Source: an uncultured Chitinophaga sp. (GTDB lineage Bacteria; Bacteroidota; Bacteroidia; Bacteroidales; GCA-2748055). From it: a stretch of 48,346 nt of DNA. The translations under genes and the position numbers were made by a program. Each line of letters begins with the position of its first letter. The first letter of the stretch is position 1. The stretch covers positions 1-48,346 of the forward strand of contig CAYOLQ010000010.1 in NCBI GenBank assembly GCA_964404825.1, in the 5' to 3' direction. Positions 38,123-47,013 of this stretch are shown here, in pieces. Below the pieces are notes generated by a model that made no database searches, was not told where the DNA came from, and worked only from the letters and a program-made list of their open reading frames with translations.

Positions 38123-39703
38123 TTAATTGATTTTCAAAACAATTGAATTAAGTGTCCTGGTTTTACCGTCAGGACCTACGGCTTTAATATTTTCAAATGT
38201 AACCCTTTGTCCGGTTTTTACCTGTGAAAGAATATCCAGCTGGGCTTTATTAAAGTTAGCACCGGGAGACACTTCAGTTTTGGTAAAACCGCCTGAAAGT
38301 ACGGCTGATACGGTAAATTCGGTAACTGTGAAATCAAGGTCGAAGTCGAAGTTTTTCAAAGTAGCTTTAACTCCACCTGCACGGGTAAGTTCACCGATTC
38401 CGATTACGCCTTGTGAACGACCGGCAACTTCGGCAACAGGGTCGGGAACATCTTTTACCCTGAAGTCCATACTACCCATAAACCGTTCCACATTCTCCAC
38501 TTTAGCTGAAACTCTTACTGTAACAATCTCGCCTTCAGGGCCTGCACCGGGAAACACTTCCCAATCTGTACCACCGCGTTTAATGCTTCCTTTGGAGATA
38601 TTGGCCGTTAAATTTTCTTTAGGCACACCGGAAACAGATATCGAAACCGGGTTTTTTACTCCCCTGTAGAAAACGTTCATTTTTGTTGGCGAGATAACCG
38701 CACTGGCCTCAGCAACCTGATATTCTTTTTTAAATTCACGCCGGATAACGTTATTCTCTCCACCATCAAGCACAATAGTTCCGGCCCAGGTGCGGGTTCC
38801 AACTGAACTCCCGATAGCTTTATAAATACCTTTTCCGTTTTCAACAGGCAATTCGGTACCATTTTCAAGCTGAACGGTGGGAAGTTTTGTTGAATCGTAA
38901 GCAGCAAGGAAAACTGATGCCTTATATTCCTGTCCTTTAAAAATGTAATCAGAATTGGAGATAACAACAGCATCAATCTTATTGAATTTGAATGAACCGG
39001 CATCAATCTGGCTCAGTAGATAGTTAACGATTTCTGATTCAGCGTTTCTGACATCACTCTGCATTTTTGAAAGCATAGTAATTACAGCTGCCATAGGAAG
39101 ATGTTCGAAATTATCTGATTCCCAGGTACGCGCCTCTTCTCCCTTTGATACATCCACAGGAGGATCTTGAGTATTGGTACTTGATTCGATGGAAGTAATA
39201 AGCGAAGCATATTCCTCTTTATCTTCAACCAATCCAATGAGAAACTCCCTGTATTTTATGATTTCCTCTTTGAGTTCGGTTCCCTTCTTGTTCAGAATCA
39301 TTACCTCAGCGGGAACATTGGTATCATCTTTTCCTTTAACTTCTTTTAGGAGCACGCCACTTTCTGTAATAGCAGTAGTTTCTCCGCCCTCGCCTTTTGT
39401 AACGATGAGTTTTTTGTTTTCCTGCATCAGATCATAAAGAGCCTGAGTCCTTGTTCTTACTTCATCTGCCTTGCTTTTCCAATCGGCAACTTTAGTTTTG
39501 TTTAGCTGATAGGCTGCTTCAAAGTCGCTGTAAAGACCTTCGTTCTTCTGAAAGAAGTTATGGGTAGTCTTTGTGAGACCCTCATCAACCAGAATGAATG
39601 CATTTAAGACATCTTTGGATACGTTCATTGCTAAAAGCGCTGTCAGTACCAAATACATCATACCGATCATCTTTTGCCTAGGGGTTTCCTTACCGTGACC
39701 CAT
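38123..39703 (-). CDS. gldM: T9SS/gliding motor subunit GldM/PorM
   Basis: 'PRQKMIGMMYLVLTALLAMNVS', 'LSKMQSDVRNAE', 'KMNVFYRGVKNP', 'FRVK.VPDP'. Confidence 0.96.
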   Translation of the reverse strand: MGHGKETPRQKMIGMMYLVLTALLAMNVSKDVLNAFILVDEGLTKTTHNFFQKNEGLYSDFEAAYQLNKTKVADWKSKADEVRTRTQALYDLMQENKKLIVTKGEGGETTAITESGVLLKEVKGKDDTNVPAEVMILNKKGTELKEEIIKYREFLIGLVEDKEEYASLITSIESSTNTQDPPVDVSKGEEARTWESDNFEHLPMAAVITMLSKMQSDVRNAESEIVNYLLSQIDAGSFKFNKIDAVVISNSDYIFKGQEYKASVFLAAYDSTKLPTVQLENGTELPVENGKGIYKAIGSSVGTRTWAGTIVLDGGENNVIRREFKKEYQVAEASAVISPTKMNVFYRGVKNPVSISVSGVPKENLTANISKGSIKRGGTDWEVFPGAGPEGEIVTVRVSAKVENVERFMGSMDFRVKDVPDPVAEVAGRSQGVIGIGELTRAGGVKATLKNFDFDLDFTVTEFTVSAVLSGGFTKTEVSPGANFNKAQLDILSQVKTGQRVTFENIKAVGPDGKTRTLNSIVLKIN

Positions 39704-39726
39704 AATGTATGTATAAAGTTAAAAAA

Positions 39727-40692
39727 TTATTTTTTAGAAATTCCACTCATTGCTGAGAGCATATTTCCATAAATATTATTCAATTCTGAAAGGTTTTGGC
39801 TGAGTTTGCTGATTTCCTCTTTATACTTCTGTGTTTCATCAACAGAGGTTTTAAGATTTTTCATCATATCATCCATACCTTTATATACAGATTCAGAACC
39901 TTTGATATGCTCATGGCTGCCTTTAATCTGCTGCATATAAGCATCGTTAAGTTCTGCGAGGTTCTTATTCAGGGAGCTCAGCTGATCACTAAACTGCTTG
40001 TGACCCATGGTAATGTTACTATAGTCTGACTTAACTGTTTTCGAAAGTTCAGTATAGGTTGATGTAATATCGGCACTGGATTGTGAAAATTTCTGTGCGA
40101 TTTCCTGTCCTGATTTATCGATCATTTCAGCCGTTTTCTTATAGGAGGAGGACAAGGCGCTGACAGAATTGGTGAGTTCACCTGAGCTTTGTGAATATAT
40201 ATTGGAGAATGAGCTAACAGATTCTCCGGCCGCTTTCATATTATTAAGGTAATCTTTAGTTGCAAGGCTTGCTGCAGTAATATCACCCAGATTTGCGGCA
40301 GACTGGTTAAGACTGTTAAGGCCAGTACTCAGGTTTTTGATTGTTTCGGGACGAATGTCGGCCTGTTGGAAAAGTTCATCAAACTTTTGTAAGCCAACAC
40401 CTCTGCCCGAAATACTTTCCTCTTTAAATTCTTCCATTTCGTCAGGGTCGGTCATGCCAGCAAGTTCAGGGTACACAAGGGTCCAGTCAAGTTCCTCATG
40501 CAAAGGTTCAAAAGCCGAGAAAAAGAAGATGATTGCTTCCGTACCCAGACCAACAGTGAGCATAAAACCAGCGCCTGGCCAATGCATAATCTTAAATAAG
40601 GCTCCAACAATAACTACTGCAGCTCCGATCCCATAGAGCTTGGCCATGAAATTTTTCCAGGCGGAACTTTGCACTATTTCGGCAATATTCAT
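39727..40692 (-). CDS. gldL: T9SS/gliding motor subunit GldL/PorL
   Basis: 'YGIGAAVVIVGALFKIMHW...GLGTEAIIFFFSAFEP', 'W..VYPEL', C-terminal 'LN.IYGNMLSAM'. Confidence 0.96.
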   Translation of the reverse strand: MNIAEIVQSSAWKNFMAKLYGIGAAVVIVGALFKIMHWPGAGFMLTVGLGTEAIIFFFSAFEPLHEELDWTLVYPELAGMTDPDEMEEFKEESISGRGVGLQKFDELFQQADIRPETIKNLSTGLNSLNQSAANLGDITAASLATKDYLNNMKAAGESVSSFSNIYSQSSGELTNSVSALSSSYKKTAEMIDKSGQEIAQKFSQSSADITSTYTELSKTVKSDYSNITMGHKQFSDQLSSLNKNLAELNDAYMQQIKGSHEHIKGSESVYKGMDDMMKNLKTSVDETQKYKEEISKLSQNLSELNNIYGNMLSAMSGISKK

Positions 40693-40712
40693 ATTCTTAG
40701 GATTTAATTAGT

Positions 40713-42071
40713 TTAGTTTGTACCAAGATAAGAACGAACGCATCTGAAACCTACGTATGATTTGGCTGTGTCCTGATATTCATAATCTCTGACACTTACC
40801 TGCAGATAATGAGCAACATCTTTCCATGATCCACCGCGTATAACTTTTCTTTTCATAACGGAAGGATCATCGGGCTTAGCGTTATATTTATAATCGGGGT
40901 TCATATTATGAGAAAACACGTAAGCAGATTCGTCATATGCATTGGCTGTCCATTCTGCAACGTTTCCTGCCATATCATATAATCCATATTCATTTGGTGA
41001 ATAAGCACCGACTCTTTCGGTAATTAATGCACCGTCATCAATATAGTTTCCTCTTAAGGGTTTAAAGTTTGCGACGAAACAACCGAGCTGGTTTCTGATA
41101 TAAGGACCTCCCCAGGGATACATACTTAAAGCAAGGTTTCCACGTGCTGCATATTCCCATTCCGCTTCAACAGGAAGTCTGTAATCCTGAACAAAAGGCT
41201 GACCGTCTCTTGAAAGGGCGTTATTAAGATATTGTGTTCTCCAGATTGAGAATGCAGATGCCTGTTTCCAGTTTACGCCAACAACAGGATAGGTGTCATA
41301 GGAAGGGTGATAGAAATACATATTTGCATATGGCTCATTATACGAAAATGTAAAATCAGCAATCCAGCATAATGTATCAGGATAAACGAGAACTTCATCT
41401 TTAAAAACAAAAGACTGACGTCCTTCAACTTTCGAAGTTGTGCCGTCAAGTTTTGTTATATTTCCCTGATAAGCCTGAGTTTTTGAATCATATCTGTTTG
41501 TTCTTTTGGCAGCTTGTTGCAGATCAATCCAATAGTAGGTGTAAACCAGTTTTTCCACTGCAATTTGTTTACGGTTAAAGAACTGAGCATCTCCGGTGTA
41601 AAAAAGGCCAATCCTTTCAACTGCTGGCTGAACTGATTCAACGTCATTATAGTCCAGTTCAGTTTCCCAGTCAATAATGGGTGATTCCTGTCCATTTTTA
41701 TTCATCATAACAGGGTTACCTTCCTTGTCTTTCAGAATGAACTCATCAATCTGATCATCAACGAGCGCTTGTCTGGTAAGAGAGTCTCTTACCCAGTATA
41801 CAAATTGACGATATTCATTATTAGTGATTTCTGTTTCATCCATCCAGAATGCATCAACTGATACGGTTTTAGATTGGGCATTCTGTGTGAAAGACAAATC
41901 CTGATCACTGGGGCCCATGACGAAGCTACCCATAGGGATGAATAACATTCCGTAGGGATCGGGTTCAACATATGCCTTACGACCCTGAACGCCAACCAGT
42001 TCTCCGTTATCAAAGTTGGAACAGCTGCCAAGGAATGCCAACAGAATCAGCAAGGGAACAAACTTTTTCAT
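40713..42071 (-). CDS. gldK: T9SS/gliding lipoprotein GldK/PorK (SUMF1/FGE fold)
   Basis: Lipobox 'LGSC', 'GELVGV', 'FWMDETEITNNEYRQFV', 'YPVVGVNW', 'RLP.EAEWEYAARG', 'RGGSWKD', 'GFRCV'. Confidence 0.96.
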   Translation of the reverse strand: MKKFVPLLILLAFLGSCSNFDNGELVGVQGRKAYVEPDPYGMLFIPMGSFVMGPSDQDLSFTQNAQSKTVSVDAFWMDETEITNNEYRQFVYWVRDSLTRQALVDDQIDEFILKDKEGNPVMMNKNGQESPIIDWETELDYNDVESVQPAVERIGLFYTGDAQFFNRKQIAVEKLVYTYYWIDLQQAAKRTNRYDSKTQAYQGNITKLDGTTSKVEGRQSFVFKDEVLVYPDTLCWIADFTFSYNEPYANMYFYHPSYDTYPVVGVNWKQASAFSIWRTQYLNNALSRDGQPFVQDYRLPVEAEWEYAARGNLALSMYPWGGPYIRNQLGCFVANFKPLRGNYIDDGALITERVGAYSPNEYGLYDMAGNVAEWTANAYDESAYVFSHNMNPDYKYNAKPDDPSVMKRKVIRGGSWKDVAHYLQVSVRDYEYQDTAKSYVGFRCVRSYLGTN

Positions 42072-42153
42072 AGCTTTTGGGTGTTATTTGCTAAAATAAT
42101 CTTTTTTTCAAAGTTAAAATAAAATAAAAAACTCTATAAAAATAGTGAAATTA

Positions 42154-43104
42154 TTATAAAAATCTAATACTCTTATATTTTTGTGGTGATTTATCCAGGC
42201 TAAGATCAAAACAATATCCAATTGTCAGTTCGTGTGATCCGCTACTGTATTTGCCTATTTGAGAGGTAATAAAGTCGTATGAATATCCCACTCTTACCCC
42301 GTTAAATAATTCCAGACCTACTAAACCCACAATTGCGTCACCGGCCCTGTAAGAAACGCCTCCCCAGAATCTTTTATTGTACCGCACGGTAGTATTCAAA
42401 TAAAGCTGATTTGCTCTTCCGTCGGTTTTTAAAGTGAAATAGGGCATGATTTCGAATAATGGATTTGGGAGCTGAAGCGTATAGCCTGCTGTAACATAAT
42501 AATGTCGCACCAGATATGGGGTTGAAGTTTCGTACTTTATACGGGCCTGATTTATGTGTGTTGCAGATATACCTAAAAAAATATTTTCAGATCTGTAAAA
42601 AACACCCAGACCCATATCAAATGCGACCCTGCTTTCTTTGGCCTGAGGGATTCCCGGATCGCCGGCGGCTCCTTCCTGAATTTCACCGGTAGTTCCCAGT
42701 GTCTTCCATTCAGGACTCAGGGATTTGTTAAGAATACCTGCATTTATGCCTATGCCGAGTTTTCCCGGTCCAAGATCCATCCGGTAGGCTCCCTGCAAAT
42801 TGATGCCCAGATCAGAATTAAAACCAAGATTATCATTCAGGATAGATAATCCGGCACCGAGACTCTTCCCGAAAACATTAAATGCTCCATCGGCACTGAA
42901 ATATGATGTGGAAGGAGCATTTGGAAAACCCACCCATTGCTCACGATGAACAGCATTAAGGCACATTCTGTCGCGACTTCCTACCGCGCCAGGGTTATAA
43001 AGACTCATGGCAGAATTGTGCTGACTGAATTCAGGATCCTGCTGACTGAACGCCAGCACAGGCAATAAAAATAGTAATATTGATATCCTGATTCTCAAAA
43101 TCAT
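42154..43104 (-). CDS. porP: T9SS PorP/SprF-family protein heading the gldKLMN operon
   Basis: 'QQDPEFSQ...YNPGAVG...REQWVG..AP.T', 'HYYVTAGY', 'WGGVSYR', 'GYSYD...SGSHE'. Canonical porP-K-L-M-N gene order. Confidence 0.9.
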   Translation of the reverse strand: MILRIRISILLFLLPVLAFSQQDPEFSQHNSAMSLYNPGAVGSRDRMCLNAVHREQWVGFPNAPSTSYFSADGAFNVFGKSLGAGLSILNDNLGFNSDLGINLQGAYRMDLGPGKLGIGINAGILNKSLSPEWKTLGTTGEIQEGAAGDPGIPQAKESRVAFDMGLGVFYRSENIFLGISATHINQARIKYETSTPYLVRHYYVTAGYTLQLPNPLFEIMPYFTLKTDGRANQLYLNTTVRYNKRFWGGVSYRAGDAIVGLVGLELFNGVRVGYSYDFITSQIGKYSSGSHELTIGYCFDLSLDKSPQKYKSIRFL

Positions 43105-43303
43105 TAAAATCGAGATTGTTTACTTAATTTTATGTTAAACAGCAATGCCTCAAAAGAGTTGCTAAAATAAGTAAAAATACTGCTTAGTAACAAATTTTAT
43201 TAACATATTATTGTTAATAAGCCAAACATTCCGGCTAATAGACCGGTTTCTTATACTAAACAACTGTTTTTAAGGGGATTTCAATGTGCCGAATTCATGA
43301 AAC

Positions 43304-44461
43304 TTATACCAGACGGTGAAATGCTTTCCACCAGCGATCAGGAATTTCATCTGCGCTGGCAAGCTGGTAATCTTCATAATTACAGGAGATTAGGTAATTT
43401 AATCCTGTAACCGGATTTGCCGCAGGGATTTCCATCCACCATCTCTCCGTTTTAAGACTTTTATAAAAAGTTATATTCTGGCCTGCAGATTGCATACTGA
43501 CAATAAATTTTGTGGAGTTTCCTGATTGGGGATTTTCTTTGATTCTAATTGAGAATCCATCCATAAAATACCAGATGGTCTGAGCTGCAAGATGAACAGT
43601 ATGCCCGTTACTATCATTTTCAGGTGATAATTCAAATATTCCGAATGCTTTTAAACCCGATGCAGCTCCGGCATAGCGGGCAAGCTGGCAAATCTCGTGG
43701 CCGAAAAAACCGTTCGGTGAAGGTAAAGTTACTCCAGGCGCATCCGATTGTCTTATGCAGCTCATATCCAAACTGATAAACGTGGCATCACGGATCTGAG
43801 GTTCAACAAAGGATAGATTGGATCGTACAAAGCCAAGTCTCAGACTCTCATATCCCTTTTTATCAAGCATGTCCTTTAAACGATCGGGTGTAAAATATGT
43901 CTGATGTCCAATATTGGAATAATTAAAGAACTTAGGATCTTTTTCAGTTAATAATGTATCAAGGTAATTTCTGGAACTGATTTTCTTTTCCTTAAAACCA
44001 AGATCCAGACGGGCATCAAGACTTAAAAGGTGGTAAATAGAATTTTTTTGGTTGAAGGCCAAATCGATGCCATAACTCAAATCCTGACTTCCCCCGATAA
44101 CAACAGCTACGACTTCTTTTTCATTGAGCTCCAGAATAATATCCCGTAAAGCAAAATAGGTATCATTGGCATTTTCGGTAATTTTTAAATTACCAAGGTC
44201 GATAATCCTTGTTTTCCGGTTAATACTGGCAAGCTGATAAAGTCTTTCACGAACAGCATCAGGAGCGGCAGCAGAACCCTTCAGAAAAGCATTTTTATCT
44301 TCCGGAACGCCGATAATTGCAATATCAAAATCCATGATATTGCTGATTTTTTGGTCGGGAGTATGAATTTTTATTCGCCTGCTAAAGGTAAGATCATGAG
44401 GAATAAGATGAAGGGCCGGCTTTTCCAGACTTACCGGATTGAAATAATCATTTAGGTCCAT
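43304..44461 (-). CDS. Arginase/ureohydrolase-fold protein (often labelled formimidoylglutamase) with degenerate metal motifs
   Basis: 'IAIIGVPED', 'AP..VR..LY', 'IIDLGN', 'GGSQD', 'DARLD', 'SPNGF', 'ARYAG'. Confidence 0.8.
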   Translation of the reverse strand: MDLNDYFNPVSLEKPALHLIPHDLTFSRRIKIHTPDQKISNIMDFDIAIIGVPEDKNAFLKGSAAAPDAVRERLYQLASINRKTRIIDLGNLKITENANDTYFALRDIILELNEKEVVAVVIGGSQDLSYGIDLAFNQKNSIYHLLSLDARLDLGFKEKKISSRNYLDTLLTEKDPKFFNYSNIGHQTYFTPDRLKDMLDKKGYESLRLGFVRSNLSFVEPQIRDATFISLDMSCIRQSDAPGVTLPSPNGFFGHEICQLARYAGAASGLKAFGIFELSPENDSNGHTVHLAAQTIWYFMDGFSIRIKENPQSGNSTKFIVSMQSAGQNITFYKSLKTERWWMEIPAANPVTGLNYLISCNYEDYQLASADEIPDRWWKAFHRLV

Positions 44462-44470
44462 GATTCTGTT

Positions 44471-46792
44471 TTATTTTTTCTTCTTTGCAGGTTTTGTTGG
44501 TCCGGACTTAATTATAGCCTTGCATTCCTCTAATGTAAGACTTGCAGGATCTTTCGCTTTTGGAATTTTAAAGTTGTTTTTACCAACGGATATATATGGA
44601 CCGTATCTGCCGTTCAGAACCTGAATTTCAGGTTCTTCAGTAAACGACTTAATGAGCTTGTTTTTATCGTCGGATCGTTTGGCTTCGATAAGTTCCACAG
44701 CCCTTTCCAAAGTAATTGTCATCGGATCGTCTTCTCCTTTTTTCAGCGAGAAAAACTTATTCATGTGCTTAACATATGGGCCAAAGCGACCAATGCCTAT
44801 TGTTACATCACTATCTTCAAAAACACCTGCTGTTCTGGGTAGTTTGAAAAGTTCAAGGGATTCTTCGAGCGTGATGGTTTCAAGACTTTGCCCTTTCTGA
44901 AGACTTGCAAATTTTGGCTTTTCAACTTCTGTAGCAATACCAATCTGAACGACAGGTCCATACCTTCCAATTTTGACCATCACAGGTTTTCCCGACACCG
45001 GATCTGTTCCCAGAACACGTTCTCCCTTCGAGCGTTCACCGGTTTTGTTTGTTTCATCTACCTTGGAATGGAAAGGTTTGTAAAACTTATCAATCATCTT
45101 TGTCCATACAAGTTCTCCTTCGGCAATCAGGTCAAATTCTGCTTCAACTGTTGCAGTGAAATTGAAATCCATGATTTCCTTAAAATACTGTTCCAGGAAG
45201 TCATTAACAATGCTTCCGATATCTGTCGGGAATAGTTTGGATTTTTCGAATCCGTAATTTTCTTCTTTCTGAGATGCTTTTATTGTATTACCACTTAATA
45301 CCAGAATCCTTGAGATACGAGTATTACCTGGGCGATCCTCCTTAATTACGTATTCTCTCTGCTGTATGGTTGAGATTGTAGGCGCATACGTTGATGGGCG
45401 GCCAATTCCCAGTTCTTCCATTTTCTTAACAAGACTGGCTTCCGTATACCTTGGTGGATGAAGTGTAAACTTTTCTGCTGCCTCCATTTTTTTAAGATCC
45501 AGTCCGTCGCCGGCCTTAAGCGGGGGAAGCAGACCTTTGGAGTCTTCGTCGTTGTCTTCATCATCGGTAGATTCCAGATAGACCTTTAAAAATCCATCAA
45601 ATTTCAAAACTTCGCCTGTGGCAACAAATATTTCAGGGGTTTTGGAATTGCTGATACGAATACTGGTTTTTTCAAGAATAGCATCGCTCATTTGTGATGC
45701 AAGAGTCCGTTTCCAGATAAGTTCATAAAGTCTTTTTTCTGTGCTGTTACCTTCAATACTGCTGTTTTCCATGAAGGTAGGGCGGATTGCTTCGTGCGCT
45801 TCCTGAGCCCCTTTGGATTTGGTTACGAAATTGCGTGTATTGACGTATTCTTTTCCAAAGCTCGATTCAATTACCCGTGCAGATCCAGTGATAGCCGTTT
45901 GAGAAAGGTTTACGCTGTCAGTTCTCATATAGGTTATCTTTCCTGCTTCATAAAGCTTCTGAGCAATGGTCATAGTCTGAGCCACTGAATATCCTAGTTT
46001 TCTGCTTGCTTCCTGTTGAAGGGTAGATGTTGTAAATGGAGGGGACGGAGACTTTTTTCCAGGTTTTTTTTGAACATCTGCAACTTTAAAGTCAGCTCCG
46101 TTCATTTTTTCCAGAAGTGCTTTGGCAGATGTAACATCTGAGATTCTTTTTTCCAGCTCTGCCTGTAATTCAGTTATTTTTCCTTTGGGCACCTTAATGT
46201 TGAATAAGGCGGCAATCCGGAATGAGGAACTGATTTTAAAAGCATTTATTTCCCTCTCCCTTTCAACTATCAGTTTAACAGCAACTGACTGTACCCTTCC
46301 TGCTGAAAGTGAGGGTTTGATTTTTTTCCATAAAAGCGGAGATAATTCGAACCCCACCAGACGATCCAGAACCCTTCGGGCCTGTTGGGCATTTACCAGG
46401 TTAATATCGATAAAACGGGGATTTTGGATGGCATTCAGGATGGCATCCTTGGTAATTTCATGAAAAACAATACGTCTTGTATTCTCGGGTTTTAACCCCA
46501 AAACTTCGTACAAATGCCATGAAATGGCCTCTCCCTCGCGGTCTTCATCAGATGCAAGCCATACCATTTTTACGCCTTTGGCAAGCTTTTTAAGTTCGTC
46601 AACAACCTTTTTCTTATCCGGAGATACAATATACTCAGGTTTATAACTGTTATTAAGATCGATACCCAGGTTTTTTTTGGCAAGATCCCTTATATGACCA
46701 AAGCTTGACTTCACCAGATAATCTTTACCCAGAAACTTCTCAATGGTTTTTGCCTTCGCGGGCGACTCAACAATTACCAGGTTTTCTTCCAT
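44471..46792 (-). CDS. topA: DNA topoisomerase I
   Basis: 'LVIVESPAKAKTI', 'ASDEDREGEAI', 'SAGRVQS', 'ITYMRTDS', 'AQEAHEAIRPT', and Topo C-terminal repeats 'GRYGP'. Confidence 0.98.
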   Translation of the reverse strand: MEENLVIVESPAKAKTIEKFLGKDYLVKSSFGHIRDLAKKNLGIDLNNSYKPEYIVSPDKKKVVDELKKLAKGVKMVWLASDEDREGEAISWHLYEVLGLKPENTRRIVFHEITKDAILNAIQNPRFIDINLVNAQQARRVLDRLVGFELSPLLWKKIKPSLSAGRVQSVAVKLIVEREREINAFKISSSFRIAALFNIKVPKGKITELQAELEKRISDVTSAKALLEKMNGADFKVADVQKKPGKKSPSPPFTTSTLQQEASRKLGYSVAQTMTIAQKLYEAGKITYMRTDSVNLSQTAITGSARVIESSFGKEYVNTRNFVTKSKGAQEAHEAIRPTFMENSSIEGNSTEKRLYELIWKRTLASQMSDAILEKTSIRISNSKTPEIFVATGEVLKFDGFLKVYLESTDDEDNDEDSKGLLPPLKAGDGLDLKKMEAAEKFTLHPPRYTEASLVKKMEELGIGRPSTYAPTISTIQQREYVIKEDRPGNTRISRILVLSGNTIKASQKEENYGFEKSKLFPTDIGSIVNDFLEQYFKEIMDFNFTATVEAEFDLIAEGELVWTKMIDKFYKPFHSKVDETNKTGERSKGERVLGTDPVSGKPVMVKIGRYGPVVQIGIATEVEKPKFASLQKGQSLETITLEESLELFKLPRTAGVFEDSDVTIGIGRFGPYVKHMNKFFSLKKGEDDPMTITLERAVELIEAKRSDDKNKLIKSFTEEPEIQVLNGRYGPYISVGKNNFKIPKAKDPASLTLEECKAIIKSGPTKPAKKKK

Positions 46793-46987
46793 ATATATTT
46801 CTTCAATTAACTAAAACGACAAATTCAGAATTTCAGTACATCTTTAAATTCCATCTATAATCAAACGACCTTAACCGTTAATTTTATTATCTGAATCAGT
46901 GGCTTTTATGTTTTCCGTCTTTCTGTAAAATCTGCAAAGTAAGACAAATACAGAGCGAAGAACAAAATTTTGAATGAAAATAATTAT

Positions 46988-46995
46988 TAATTTTG
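46988..46995 (+). promoter_or_regulatory. -7 box (TAATTTTG) for the PBP1A gene
   Basis: Exact TAnnTTTG match 18 nt upstream of ATG 47014. Confidence 0.55.
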
Positions 46996-47013
46996 TCCAA
47001 AAGCTATAATGCT

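Noticed and set aside
37434-38669. Long antisense ORFs (189 aa and 180 aa) opposite gldN and gldM
   Set aside because: They lie fully antisense to conserved genes and show no recognisable protein features.
40713-42071. GldK as a formylglycine-generating enzyme
   Set aside because: It has the FGE fold but lacks the catalytic Cys pair, and the lipobox and gldLMN context identify it as GldK.
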